Assembly: GCF_040938485.1 (NCBI RefSeq)
Contig: NW_027271020.1
Coordinates: 2,852,001 to 2,916,000, forward strand
Direction of reading: 5' to 3'
Origin: Diadema antillarum
Taxonomy: Eukaryota
DNA: 64,000 nt
Of the stretch, positions 35,886-48,051 are shown one piece after another. Position numbers and translations under genes: made by a program. The notes below the pieces were generated by a model. It did not search any database, was not told where the DNA came from, and saw only the letters and a list, made by a program, of their open reading frames with translations. Each line of letters opens with the position of its first letter. Within the stretch, counting starts at the first letter, position 1.

Positions 35886-37235
35886 TCACTCAGCTGCGTC
35901 TGAATGATTTTCTCTATTCTCCACTGATTTCCTCTCCAACCACCACTTTCTCAACGTGATTCCAACCAAGCTGCCCACTATAAGCACGGCGCCGATGACG
36001 GTGATGTAGTTGGGGACGATTCCGAAGATAGCGAACTCCAGGATGAACGTGAAGAGGACATCATTGGTTCTGATCAGCGCCACGGTGGTAGGCTTCTCGT
36101 AATGCACTGCAACGGTGACTGCGAACTGGGAGACAAACGTGACCACGCCATTGGCGACAAGTATGATTCGGTCCCTCCCGCAACGAGGTATCACCCACTC
36201 ATGAAGGGCCGTCGCGGTACAAGCTGAGGCCAGCATAAATATGAAGGTGTAGATTGTGAGGAGTGTTAGTGGCTGTACTCTGTATTTACCAATCTTTTTC
36301 AACAAGATGAATATTATTCCTGCAAGGCATGCCCACAAGAGGCAGGCAATCGGCCCGAAGATCGAGGAGGAAGTGGCCTCCTCCCCGCCAAAGATGAACG
36401 ACGGTTGGATAACGAGAAGCACACCTGATAGCGTCACACATGAGACCACGACATCGAGAGCCGTGCACGCTTCGTGAAGGATGATGCAGCTGAAGAATGC
36501 GGTAAAGACGGGGGAACTATACATGATGGCTTTGGCGTTCCCCACCGGCATCACTTGGTAGGCATAGTACGATAGCATCACTGCAGCCGACCCGGCGATG
36601 GATCGCATCATGACTGCGCCGAATGCCTTCCTCGTCATCCTGTAAGACACATTCTGGAAGGTTCCCATTGAGAGAGAGCACAGGAACTGGATGAATGCAG
36701 AGACAAATGCGACTTCATTTGATCCCACAGCACCCGAGAGTAGTGCAACGCATATGCTACCTAGCGACAGCATGACGGTGGATAACAAGGCGTAGAGGAT
36801 GCCCCTCTGGTCACCTATTGAGCATGAGTGTTTCTTATCGTGGTCTACCTTGGAGAATGATGGCGTGGACGAAACGACATCTTCAGCGCCATCGATTTCC
36901 TTGCCACCCGATCGGTGTGTCGTGCTCGCGGAAGCTGCAGAGGTACAAGAGTTTTCTCTCTCCTCTGCATCCGATGATTTCTCGTAGCCCCAATTTTCCA
37001 CTCCCGTCAACACGGCGCAATCGGTCTTTGTAGTTTCATCATCACCCGGTGGCGGGATGAGACACGTTCGGCCAGATGTTGAAGGGCACGACCTCTGAGA
37101 CGAACGCATTCGCAAGGTCAAACTCTCTCCATGGTGCTTGTCCTCGGGGGAAGTAGTAGTAGCCATATTTGGAAATGCCTCTCGGTCCTCCGGAACCGTG
37201 TCCCGAGCGCGTCTTACCGGTCCTGCGGATGACAT
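35886..37235 (-). CDS. SLC35G1: SLC35G1-like EamA/DMT transporter, paralog 2 (449 aa from first in-frame ATG 37235)
   Basis: Uninterrupted ORF with the same motifs as paralog 1. The track start at 37277 is a GTG with an in-frame stop at 37326-37328 upstream; the first ATG (MSSAGPV) is at 37235. Confidence 0.92.
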   Translation of the reverse strand: MSSAGPVRRARDTVPEDREAFPNMATTTSPEDKHHGESLTLRMRSSQRSCPSTSGRTCLIPPPGDDETTKTDCAVLTGVENWGYEKSSDAEERENSCTSAASASTTHRSGGKEIDGAEDVVSSTPSFSKVDHDKKHSCSIGDQRGILYALLSTVMLSLGSICVALLSGAVGSNEVAFVSAFIQFLCSLSMGTFQNVSYRMTRKAFGAVMMRSIAGSAAVMLSYYAYQVMPVGNAKAIMYSSPVFTAFFSCIILHEACTALDVVVSCVTLSGVLLVIQPSFIFGGEEATSSSIFGPIACLLWACLAGIIFILLKKIGKYRVQPLTLLTIYTFIFMLASACTATALHEWVIPRCGRDRIILVANGVVTFVSQFAVTVAVHYEKPTTVALIRTNDVLFTFILEFAIFGIVPNYITVIGAVLIVGSLVGITLRKWWLERKSVENRENHSDAAE

Positions 37236-40200
37236 CGAAAATAGCAGTTTGGCCACTGGTGGGCTTTCTATAGTCACGTCTTCTTCATTAAACCACCATG
37301 CCCCCGATCCTCTCTTTATTCCCTTTTATCAACGCGTCGTTTTAACAGAATTTGGACCCTCTGTGTCTTGTCGGCAGCATCGATTCAAATGAAGTTAACA
37401 GGGCTTCAACCTCACTGGTCTGTCAAGAGGTAACAAACGATCCTAGTTAAACCTTTCAAGATCGCGTGGACGACGTGCACGACGTCCGCAACTATTGTCA
37501 TAATTACCGCATCACAATCATTAGTTAATTGAGCAGAAAGTTCTCCATGCTATCTCGTTAACCGTCTGTTTATCAAACTGCAACATCCCAGGAAAGTCCA
37601 TCCAAATTCTTTGCACGATTAGAAAAATTAAACTCACTCATTAGAATACCCTGCCAGAATATGTAATAAGACTGCTGTTGAACAGAAAAAAGTTTTAAAG
37701 ATAATGTAAGAACTGTGCAACTCACAACGACAGCCACATTATATACGGAGCATGACTTGCGAAACGCGGGTCACACCGCGTTGTATCATTTAATGCTGAA
37801 TCACATCGTGATATATAACGACGTGAATCAGCATTATTAAATCAGGATTCTATAGGATCCTTAAGAAAACAAGACCAAAGCATCCAGAGTACCTACCGAG
37901 AGTCATGTGGCTACCTGAAATACTTAACTGCTTAAAATTTGGTCTTTGTAACTCCCTGCTGTCACGAATCAGTTCTGCTTGCTGCTGCGGACCAAAAAAT
38001 TCTGTCAACCCATTTGCAACATGCCAAGGGCGAAAGAGAAGATGTGCACCAACCGAAAATTCGGCGCTAAAGGTGACCTACGACTGATGTCCACAAAACT
38101 TCGGTGCAAACAACAATTATCGGCACTTTCTGTTTCTCTCGACAATCACTTGGATAATCTTCGATTCTAGTCAGGGTCAATCAACACGAACAATTAGAAA
38201 CAAACGGTCAGTTGAGAACACTCTGAATGTGGTAGAAAAAAAAAAAACATGACTTACATCACTATTCTACAAGGGCCAAGGAGTGTTTTAAAATGTGTGT
38301 GTGAGTGTGTACTGGGGAGGGGGGGGGGGGTCAAGAACCGTGTTAATGTTCCTCTCTGGGTCCAGGGGCAACGGTTGGCATTGTGTGCACGTGATATTTT
38401 TCGTAACAATTTCGAACTCCTCGAAATTCGTACAATAGCAATGCATGAGTTATAAAGCTGCATGTAACGTACAATCTGCCAATAGAAATAGAATAGAACA
38501 GACATAACGCATTCCGAGGCGTTTTTGCAAGATTTCTAAAACGGGAAATGTTCAAAATTATTTAACTAAGGATAAGACATGACTACCAAGATGAATTCGT
38601 GTTTACTTGTGTATGTCTGCATGAACAGTTCAGGACAAGTGTGGTAATTTATTAGAGGTGAATTGAACAACTTTGAAGATTCCAAACTACCTGACTACAC
38701 TATTGGATTGAACTGTCCGCATAATTCTATATTTATGATGTTATCTTCAGAATCTTTATTGATTAGATCAATAGACACACGGGGTATACTCCCCTCTTTA
38801 CATGAGTTGTCACGTGTCTCAGTATTGTAAATTCCTATTTGACCTTAAAACAATAAAACGCTAATGTGTTCTGGATATATGTTCCGCTTCTATAGCTGCA
38901 AGTCAGCACCTGGAAACTTCATACTACACATATTATGACAGCATGCAATGTACAACTATGAAAACTATGAAATTTCATAACGTTGACAGAGATGTGCAAA
39001 AAATAAGCCAGCCATAGTTGGTGAGTTTTTTATATGATATTCATATGTATACATACATTTCAACATGTTACTTCAATTAAGTCTAAGTTCTTTTTTTTAT
39101 TTCAATCTTAACACTGTAGCATTATACCACTACGTCCTTAATTTTTCACGAGGTAGAAAAAAAAATGATCTTTCGTATGACTTCTTGTCATTAACTCATT
39201 TATATCATAACTATTAGTTAGGTAGAAAAAGAATGACTCAAAAGCCTGTAAATAATATATGTAAAATCATCACTCATTCTTTAATTGGCAAAATATGACA
39301 AATGATTAGAGTTCTTTTAGTTTCTAAAGTTGACATTTTTGTTTATTAATATTCTTTCGGATAGTAGTGGAGACTGAAAGAATTTCACATGTTCCATCTA
39401 AACCTCCTCCAAGATCGAACTACATGTTTATGACGTGAAAATTAGATTTGCCAATTTACTTGCTGACAAGAGAGATTTTTTTCTGAAAAAAAAAACCCAA
39501 CATATCCCCGGACTAAGGCTACATAGATAGCTAGATAGATAGATGTCTTCTTGTATTAAAGAGGACTCTGTCTGTGATGAAAATCCAAAACTGACTGTAG
39601 GCCACCATGAGAACAGCAAGTAAATCTTGAACAAAGACTAGTGGGTGTAACGAGATTGATTGAGTAAAAAAAAAAAAAAAAAAAAAAAAAAGCCAGCTCA
39701 TTTTGTTGACAAATCATAAACATAGCTATTTGCGGCCCCTTTCAGTTGGTAAAAAAGCTTCAGCCTTGATATTGTTCCAATGTTTGTACAAAGGGGAGGG
39801 TACATAGTTTTCGGCTGTCAGGAACAGAGTCTGTTTTGCTACACAAGCTGGTTCAACCTTGTTACATCGGTTGACAATCAGTGGACTGTGACCCTCCCTG
39901 CCCGAAAGAGGAAAGGGCACATGCAAATGACTGGCGTATTTTGCTTTTCTTGTTGATGTTGTCATCCCCCTCCCCTCCCTTCTGCTTTGATGCTGGCATT
40001 ACAGAACAAAGCTAAAACAGCACACAGTGATATCCTTACAAACCCTGATGGTCCTTTACTCAGTACGGACATAAAGGGGACAAATTATGAAAGTGTGTGT
40101 GTGTGTGTGTGTGTGTGGGGGGGTTATCTCCTTCTTTAAACGGAAGGAAGGCTCTCTCTTTATCAATCATCTTTGGACAACAACTAATAGAATGTGAACT

Positions 40201-40246
40201 GGTGCTTAACTGGACTGGTATATATGATTAAATAATGGAAATGGAT

Positions 40247-40277
<31 letters not shown>

Positions 40278-41187
40278 CTTATTTTTTTGCTTAAAGTTAA
40301 ACAAACTTTGAAATTGGCAAAGGAGAATATATGTTGTATGAGTTGCACCAAGCGATTTATATATATAAAAAATTAAACATTACAGAAAAGAGGGTATGTC
40401 AACAAAAAGAGACGCACTACATACTAACATATTTTATTTGTACATGTATCCATTTCTCACTGCAGTCTATCAAGATGACAACAAAATTGTATCAGAATGC
40501 ACCTGTTGAGAGGTAGCCGAAAAAAATGTAACACCACAAACTTACCACAAATTTCTATAACAGACTGGGAAGGGGTTGGGACATGCATTGCCACTCCATC
40601 TCAACCACCCATTGACCTTAATAGCATTGTACCAGACACGCACTAGCACACGCAGACACGTTTTTCCTTTCCGTCATTATCGTTTATATAACTTGACTAT
40701 TATTGCTATCTTCTTCCTCCTCGAAGTTCCTTCGGAATCATAAGCTTTGCCCCCTAGAACGGGAACAGTTACTTAGAGGGGATATATCAATATATCGGCA
40801 TTAGAGATGACCCAGTGGCTTCGGGCCACTCAAAATACTTGTCGGACCATCACTTCTTGAGAAAATCTTATGAGTTTGATGGTCCGAGCGATAATTTTGT
40901 CTTCATGTCTGTACATCGATTTATGTGGTTTTTCTAGTCTAGATTAAGGGAGAATATCTCGCGGCCCAGTGCCTGATAACTGCACGCGTTTCAGCTACGT
41001 GCTTTCACGTGACTATAACGGTTTATTTCATTCTTGTAGGGTTTTTTTTTCAATGATTTTAATTCGTTTATGTTTTTCTTCATTTTTTTAAAGACTACCA
41101 CATCGGAAGACCACCAAAAAGTTGACCATGATATGATATGAAAACAAACAAAGGAAAAACTGACCATAAATGAGTGATTCACAAATG

Positions 41188-41259
41188 GGTTTCCATCGGG
41201 ATTCGAACCCGAGGTCCCAGATTGCTAGACCCGTGCTCTACCGACTGAGCTATAAGCCA
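41188..41259 (-). mobile_element. tRNA-derived SINE head (tRNA-like, non-functional)
   Basis: Minus strand TGGCTTATAGCTCAGTCGGTAGAGC...CTAGCAA...TCGGGTTCGAATCCCGA has an intact A-box/D-arm and B-box/T-arm, but the acceptor stem does not pair and the anticodon stem is broken. A non-tRNA body follows toward about 41000. Confidence 0.7.
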
Positions 41260-41339
41260 TAGTCTGATAGCACAGTGTTCGTCTCATCAATTTTTGACTC
41301 TCAATGCTCGTGTGGTCATAAGCTATAGTGTGTGTATGG

Positions 41340-41346
<7 letters not shown>

Positions 41347-41425
<79 letters not shown>
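41347..41425. repeat. (TA)n microsatellite
   Basis: Seen directly, with one CA interruption. Confidence 0.95.
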
Positions 41426-41426
<1 letters not shown>

Positions 41427-43507
41427 GTGTGGGGTCTCTGTTAGGAGGTGTATGTATGACCACACACAAACGCAATTACAATTGTGATATCGCACATATT
41501 ATTTTCTTTTCTATTTTTTTGTGTGTGTGGGGGGGGGGGGAGGGATTCAAAATGTGAATTCTTTCACCTCTGATTTGAATGAGTCATCTACGTAGGTATT
41601 GACAATTTGAATGTCTTTGAGTGACCATCAGGGATATCGGTATTACCGACCTCATGCACTATATTATCCACCATTCTTCAAATCACTGACGGTAGTAAAC
41701 TCCCTCGCCAAAACGATCACACCCCCTGTTAATATAGTGTACACACTGAGAATAAATAATCAAAATGCCGTAACCATTAAACAAAAATGATTGGCGGAAA
41801 CTTATTGCCAAAGGGGATTTCTGCACTTACTGACAAACTTCTGTGTGAAAACGAGTGATCTGTGTTAAGTTATGCATAGGCCTAATAGAGCACTTATTAA
41901 ATTTTGCTCACCCGTCAGAAAAAAAAAAACACCAAACACATGAAATTACCAGGATAGCTAAAAAACTAGAACAGCATTTGAACAAACGTACACCAGAAGC
42001 GAAATGTTTCACGGACTCTCCAAAAGTGAGTACTGCTACTTTTCAGAATGACCCTTTTATATTTTATGTGTGCTCAACAACTCATTACAAAACAAATTAT
42101 TCTCATTGTCACACAAAAGTTTAATAGTCAATTCTCGGTATCACCAATGCGCAAAAAATAAAATAGATAAATAAAATAAATAAATAAATAAAAATCTGTT
42201 CGCGCTGCAGAGCCCTGCGATGTCACAGAGGCACTGTGGGATTTCTCGGTAGTATTGTCGCTTCCGGTTGTCTTGCGAGGTAGTTCCCATGCGATTCAAT
42301 GCAATTTCCGTCTGTTTTTCTTTCGTTGCTGCTTTTCCTTCTGTTTATTTAGAATTAAACCAAAAGAAACGAGTTTGAAATGTCAAAATTTTACTGGTTT
42401 GCGGTCACTAGAGTCATGGTTCACTACTGCAAGGCTTCAATGTGCTGGTCACATGATGGAAAGCGAAAAAATCGTCAACAAAAACACCCCTGGATAATGA
42501 CGGAACGTGACCTGAGTGCATATATGCAGCCAAAACTCCCCTGACTTATGCCTGACCTACCCCGTAATGCATCCAAAACGCTGCTCGCCGCATGGCACCT
42601 TGGTATTAATTGGCGATATCGAGAATTAAAGTATATATATATATCCCTGCAAAATTATCTTGCTCAAAATCGCCTCGCTCAAAAGTTACACTACTTTGGT
42701 GAAAGGTTGGGGGGGGGTACTTCTTTATTGTGTGTAGATACTGCTCTGCTGAAGTTTAAAAACAGTAAACAGTGCTGAGACCGTAGATATCGTGATCATT
42801 ATGTGCTACACATTAATTTTGCTAATGTAGCGTACTGTAGGTCGTATGATCGTACGCGTGTACATTACAAGTATAGTACCGGTAATCAAATAAAAATACC
42901 CACCGTTGTTGTACTCATAGTCACGCAGAGAACTTAAGTTTTATGAACTTACCTGGCACAAAAATTGTTGCATTAAATCAATGAACAGTTTCCTTGACTC
43001 CAATGTAAAACCTGTTTGACTGAAATTCAAAAGAACATCCGTGCAGTTTGGGTGGCGCATGACCGGAATAAAGACCACTGAGGTCTCGCTCTTCGTAGTT
43101 TAGCCTGAAATTAATGTCAGCACAATCATCCAGCGTAATCATGGTCTTTGTTTGTTTTCTTGACAGTCTTGAAGGATGAACTATGTACCTTTGCGATATA
43201 TTCTACAGCCTATGCCATGATAAACCGTTCAATTAACTCGCCGTCCAATACTTGCTTGACGTAAATGGGGTGATTCATTTTCATTGGGTAGTGGTTACGC
43301 TTATACAGTCATGTGGAACCAAAGTTGCATCACCTTTTTGCTGTCGTGTTTCGCTATAGGATTGCTTAGACTCGAGCTGGGTATAGAAAGCTTCGCTGCT
43401 CCTTGCGTCATTTCCCTCATTCCCGCACATGGCATATCATCGCATTACAAAACGCAAAACACTTCTTTGACAAGTGGATACTTCTAGTACAACAATGCAC
43501 CATTTAA

Positions 43508-44122
43508 AGGAAACAACCCAAATATCCCAATGTGGATTGAGTGAAAGCAGCAATATTAGTAACACATTAGTGAAAGTTAGAGGAAATTCGGACTATCGAT
43601 TTAAAAGTTATGGATTTATAAAGTTTCGTTGCTGTCACGGCTGGATATTAGGAGACTTTCATACTACAGTTATGACGCCATTATGGACAATAATATAGAG
43701 AAAATATAAAGAAAATTCAACATACTTTCACTTTTCTAACCATATAATGAAAGAGCACTTGCTCTTTCAGAAAGCATGGGGAATGATATTACCCTTAACT
43801 TGCGACTTGCTGACATATTATGTCAGGAAGTCGATGGAATGTGTGAGAGAAATTTTGTGGAATTTTCCTTGTATGTTCTTTATATTGCTGTCCATACTGA
43901 CGTCATGAATTGTAGCAGTCTCCTTATCCAGCGATGACGGCATCAAAACCTTAAAAATTCAAAACTTTTGAATCTATTGTCCGATTTTCATCAAACTGTC
44001 GCTGACGTGTTCTACTAATTTTGCTGCTTTCAGTCAATCCGCATTTATTCATTTTTTTTAATTTTTTTAATTTTTTTAATTTTTTTTTTTTTTTTTTTTG
44101 GGGGGGGGGTTCGATTCCTCTA
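43508..44122 (+). mobile_element. Kolobok-like family A-related copy
   Basis: TTAA|AGGAAAC start; ATGTGGATTGAGTGAAAGCAGCAATATTAGTA..CACAT and other interior segments are shared with the 6220 and 19787 copies; right end degenerate. Confidence 0.55.
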
Positions 44123-44469
44123 ACACTGATAGTTATTGTTCACCAAATGATCTGAGTTACGTTGGTTCTTTTCTTTTTCAAGTTTGTGATGAAATGCAGG
44201 TGACGCAATTAGAACTTCACTTTTAGGATTGAGGTTACACTCTGTTGTTGTTGCAACTTGGCTCGTGTCGATGCACTATGCAAATTGCTACCAAATAACA
44301 AGGTATAGGCCTACTTTGCATTTCATCTGGCAAATATTCATACAAAACATCATAAGCTCTATTTAAATCTGATGTGTACAATGTTTGTAGTTACATGATA
44401 ATGAGGATATTGTTTTTTAGCTGAAAGAAAACTCAAGCATTTCATCCAGTCAGTCGAACAATATAATTC

Positions 44470-45750
44470 CTTTCATTTATTCATTTCAAACCGAAAAGCA
44501 ATTACAGTAAAAATATCTAATATAACGTACATAGTTACACGAAATTATTACATTTCAACATTGTAATAAAGGAAATATGTTAACGGAAGTACATTGTACG
44601 CAGTGACTATTATGACTACATATCGAAACCAACAATGTTAGAAATTGAGGGGAATAGCAAGGCTTGTCATGGAAAATTAGTCATTACTGACGTACAAAAA
44701 ATAAACCCACAAAAAATCAAGGCAGATTGCAAAAAGGTAGACAAAACAGGCAAAGAGAAAATACACATACAAACAAACAAATATGAGTCAGCTCTCTTAG
44801 AGGAAAGGATAATCGTGGAAGGAATAACAGAAACAGACAAAAGAGGATAGGGAAAGGAGGAAAGTGGTGAAGGAGGAGGTAATAGAGGAGTTAATTAAAG
44901 AGTCACAATGCACACGAGGCATGAGATACATTAAGGATGGAGAGAATATCATGTTCTGAGATTTTTTCTTTTAATATGGTTTTGACGAGGATAAATCAAA
45001 GACTTGAAATTAACACACATTAAAAAGAATCGTTTGCTATGTAGGAATTTTTTTAAAGTCTTTTTTTCAAAAGTAAAAGAATCAAAGCTTAAAGCTATTT
45101 TTTTTGTGTGTTATCAAGACGATGCAAAAGTTTATGGCCAGAAAATGAGAATCTGGAGTTGATAAAGAAAGGTCCTAGTCAATGCATGAAATGTGGAATT
45201 CTTTGGATTGCCCGGTAGAATATGAATACTAGCAAACGGTTTTGGTTTGTTATTGAACGTGGAATCGAATACAAATGGAAGAGAATGGGAGAGCAAGCCG
45301 AGAAAGTCTGTACATGAATTGTCCCAAGTGCAAACGGTACAAATCATTAATCTTCGGAATGTTAATTTCGTGGAATAAAAAACAAAATCAGCATGGCTTC
45401 TTCGTGATTCATTTATAAATCATATAAAGAGCTTTTTTTCCCGCGATAACATTGTTTCTATGTACGAGGAATATTTCCACAGACGAGTATGCCGTAGATT
45501 AAATAGGGTGAAATTAAAGTTGAATAAAAGTATACCATCAAAAGAGAGATTAAAGGAAGACAACATTTGACTTTGTTCATGATATAAGATAATGCGACAT
45601 GCAGAATCAACGTGTAAATTCCCAGTGAGCTTATTATCAGGAATCAAGCCTAAGAACATTATGAATTCAATTGAAAGGACTTCTTCTCTGACTGTGTCAT
45701 CCCGAAAGCTATCCTTCGCAGTTTTTCACAGAGAGTTACTAAACAGCATG
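44470..45750 (-). mobile_element. Degenerate non-LTR retrotransposon (L2/Crack, CR1 group), 3' fragment of ORF2 plus 3' UTR
   Basis: Minus-strand frames give FLGLIPDNKLT..., LISPYLIYGILVCGN and FHEINIPKINDLYRLHLGQFMYRL, matching the conserved post-RT C-terminus of L2/Crack ORF2. Many stops and frameshifts; AATAAA near 44470. Confidence 0.75.
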
Positions 45751-46695
45751 CATCTGGGTTGTTTGTTTGTTTGTTTGTTTTTTGAAGATTTACAATTTAT
45801 TAGGACTTATCCACGGAGCAATTCTAAAATTCGGTATTTAAAGTATCAATCAAGATCACGTGAAGATTGAGAAAAATGAACTATGCGCATCGCAAATCTC
45901 TCAAAAAAAGTTTAGCATATTTGATCACCCATCTCTTCACATTTACGACATTATTATAAATTGAACGATTCTTTTAGTTGTGAAAGGATGACATTTTAAA
46001 ACTATTGACTACTGATTCAGACGTCATCTTACATTCACCGGCCATGAACATGATGAAAGTACTCAAAATGCCAGTCGATGTTTACAGGCATGGTGCAGAA
46101 ATGTGACAAGTGTGTACGCATCACAATAACGCTAACATCATTTGTAATTACACGGTACCATTTAACAGAATGATCTATAGTAAAATCGCTTCAAATCTCC
46201 AAATACCGTGAATACCGGAATGCAGCCCACACCGTTCCGCTTTCCGTACCCGTTTACCTGAACTATCAACACGATTTTACCAAACCTTTCAAGAAAGATA
46301 TAAGCAGAGTTTCTAGCATTATAAGAAATCAGCCTCATTGTTGAGAAAATAGAGAAATCAGACCAATAGAGGGCAAAACTTAGACGGGGCATAATATTGC
46401 AGAAGGCGCAATGAACATTGATTTTATTAATTTAGAGATGAGTAAAAAATGCAATGTCCTATAGGTGAAAAGTTGACATGGTTCACAGTGTTCACTTTGG
46501 AAATGGCTAATGGCTGATGGTGTCTATACATTCCAAAGATATAAAAAAAAACTGTGCACAAGGAGCCTGTTATGGAAATCGTTCCAAAACTGATGATAAC
46601 TTCCCGTGTAGCTATAATCTGAACTTATCATTGTGTAACGCATACATATCAGTTTTAGAGGATATACAGTTGATCATGAGTGGAGTAATATGAAA

Positions 46696-48051
46696 TCAGT
46701 CGCTTGCGCTGTATTTTTTCAAATTGTTATCAAAGTCTTCGTCGTTTTTCTCCTCTAATTTTTTCTTCTCCCTCCACCACTTCCGGAGCGTGATTCCAAT
46801 TAAGCTCCCCAAGATTAGAGCGGCGCCAATCACGGTGATGTAATTCGGGAAAGTCCCGATGAAGAAGTATTCCAGAGTGAAGGTGAAGAGAACGTCACTA
46901 GTCCTGATGAGAGACACCATCGTCGCCTTCTCGTATCTCGTTGCCAGGGTGACCGTTATCTGTGAGAGGAAAGTAAACACTGCGGTGAGGACGAGGAGGA
47001 TGCGATCTCTACCGCAACGTGGTATTACCCACTCGTCAAAGATCGTTGCCGCAGAGCTGCTGAAGAGCAGAGCTATGAGGGAGTAAACGATGAGGAGCGT
47101 TACTGGATGGACGCGGTATTGCCCAATCTTTCTCAGACTGATGAATATCGTCCCGACGAGAATGGCCACTATCAAGGCGAATATCGGTCCCAAGATGGTT
47201 GATGATGTTTCCGTTCCTCCAAAGACAAAAGTCGGCTGGATTACGAGGAAGACCCCGAACAGCGTGATGGCGGAGAAAACGATCTCGAACGCCGTGCAAG
47301 TCTCATGGAGGATGAGGCAGCTGAAGAGAGCAGTGAAGACTGGCGAGCTGTAAATAATCGCCTTGGCGTTTCCCATAGGCATCACTTGGAAGGCAAAGTA
47401 CGCCATCAGCGAGCAAATGGATCCAATCACGGAGCGATACAGCACCAGCAAGAACGCAGTCCTCCCCACTCTAAAGGAGACCTTACCCAGAACTCCGAGC
47501 GGTACACATATGAGGAATTGAATCAGCATCTGCGCAAAGACGACTTCGTTTGATCCGACTGATCCGGCAAGCAACGCCACACAAAGCGTCGCAAACGAAA
47601 TCAAAATCGTAGAAACCAATGCCAGAGTCACGCCCTTGTACCGATTCAGTGAGCATGCGCTCTCGCTACGGTCTGCCTGTCCCTGCGAATCCGACATCGA
47701 AGGAGTGACCACCCCTGCACTCCCGACATCACTTCCATAATCGGAGTCGTATATTTCCTTGGAAAGTGGCATCGATGATCTGGAGCTGCTGCAGCCAACA
47801 CCGCGGTCTGTCGTTTCGTCATAGCCGAAGTTGTCCAGTCCTTGCGCGTGGCAGCCGCCGTTCTCGATGACATCTTCCGGTTTTCTTCGAGAGCGTCTCA
47901 AGGTGGGCGTAGTACCAGGAGAGGGGATGTAGTCTGACTTGGTTGTGGGTAACGGGGACGGCAGGACCGGCTGTTTAAAGTCGCCGCTCTTACTCCTGCT
48001 GGCCTGAGAGTCTTCAACTCCGGAAAGCGATTCATTACCCCGGATGAACAT
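46696..48051 (-). CDS. SLC35G1: SLC35G1-like EamA/DMT transporter, paralog 3 (451 aa)
   Basis: Uninterrupted ORF with FQVMPMGNAKAIIYSSPVFT, EWVIPRCGRDRILL and LRKWW. A 5'-UTR acceptor GTCTGCAG| lies at 48062/48061, with an in-frame TAA just upstream of the ATG. Confidence 0.93.
   Translation of the reverse strand: MFIRGNESLSGVEDSQASRSKSGDFKQPVLPSPLPTTKSDYIPSPGTTPTLRRSRRKPEDVIENGGCHAQGLDNFGYDETTDRGVGCSSSRSSMPLSKEIYDSDYGSDVGSAGVVTPSMSDSQGQADRSESACSLNRYKGVTLALVSTILISFATLCVALLAGSVGSNEVVFAQMLIQFLICVPLGVLGKVSFRVGRTAFLLVLYRSVIGSICSLMAYFAFQVMPMGNAKAIIYSSPVFTALFSCLILHETCTAFEIVFSAITLFGVFLVIQPTFVFGGTETSSTILGPIFALIVAILVGTIFISLRKIGQYRVHPVTLLIVYSLIALLFSSSAATIFDEWVIPRCGRDRILLVLTAVFTFLSQITVTLATRYEKATMVSLIRTSDVLFTFTLEYFFIGTFPNYITVIGAALILGSLIGITLRKWWREKKKLEEKNDEDFDNNLKKYSASD

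Noticed and set aside
41188-41259. Functional tRNA-Ala(AGC) gene
   Set aside because: The acceptor stem (TGGCTTA/TGGAAAC) does not pair and the anticodon stem is broken; treated as a SINE head.
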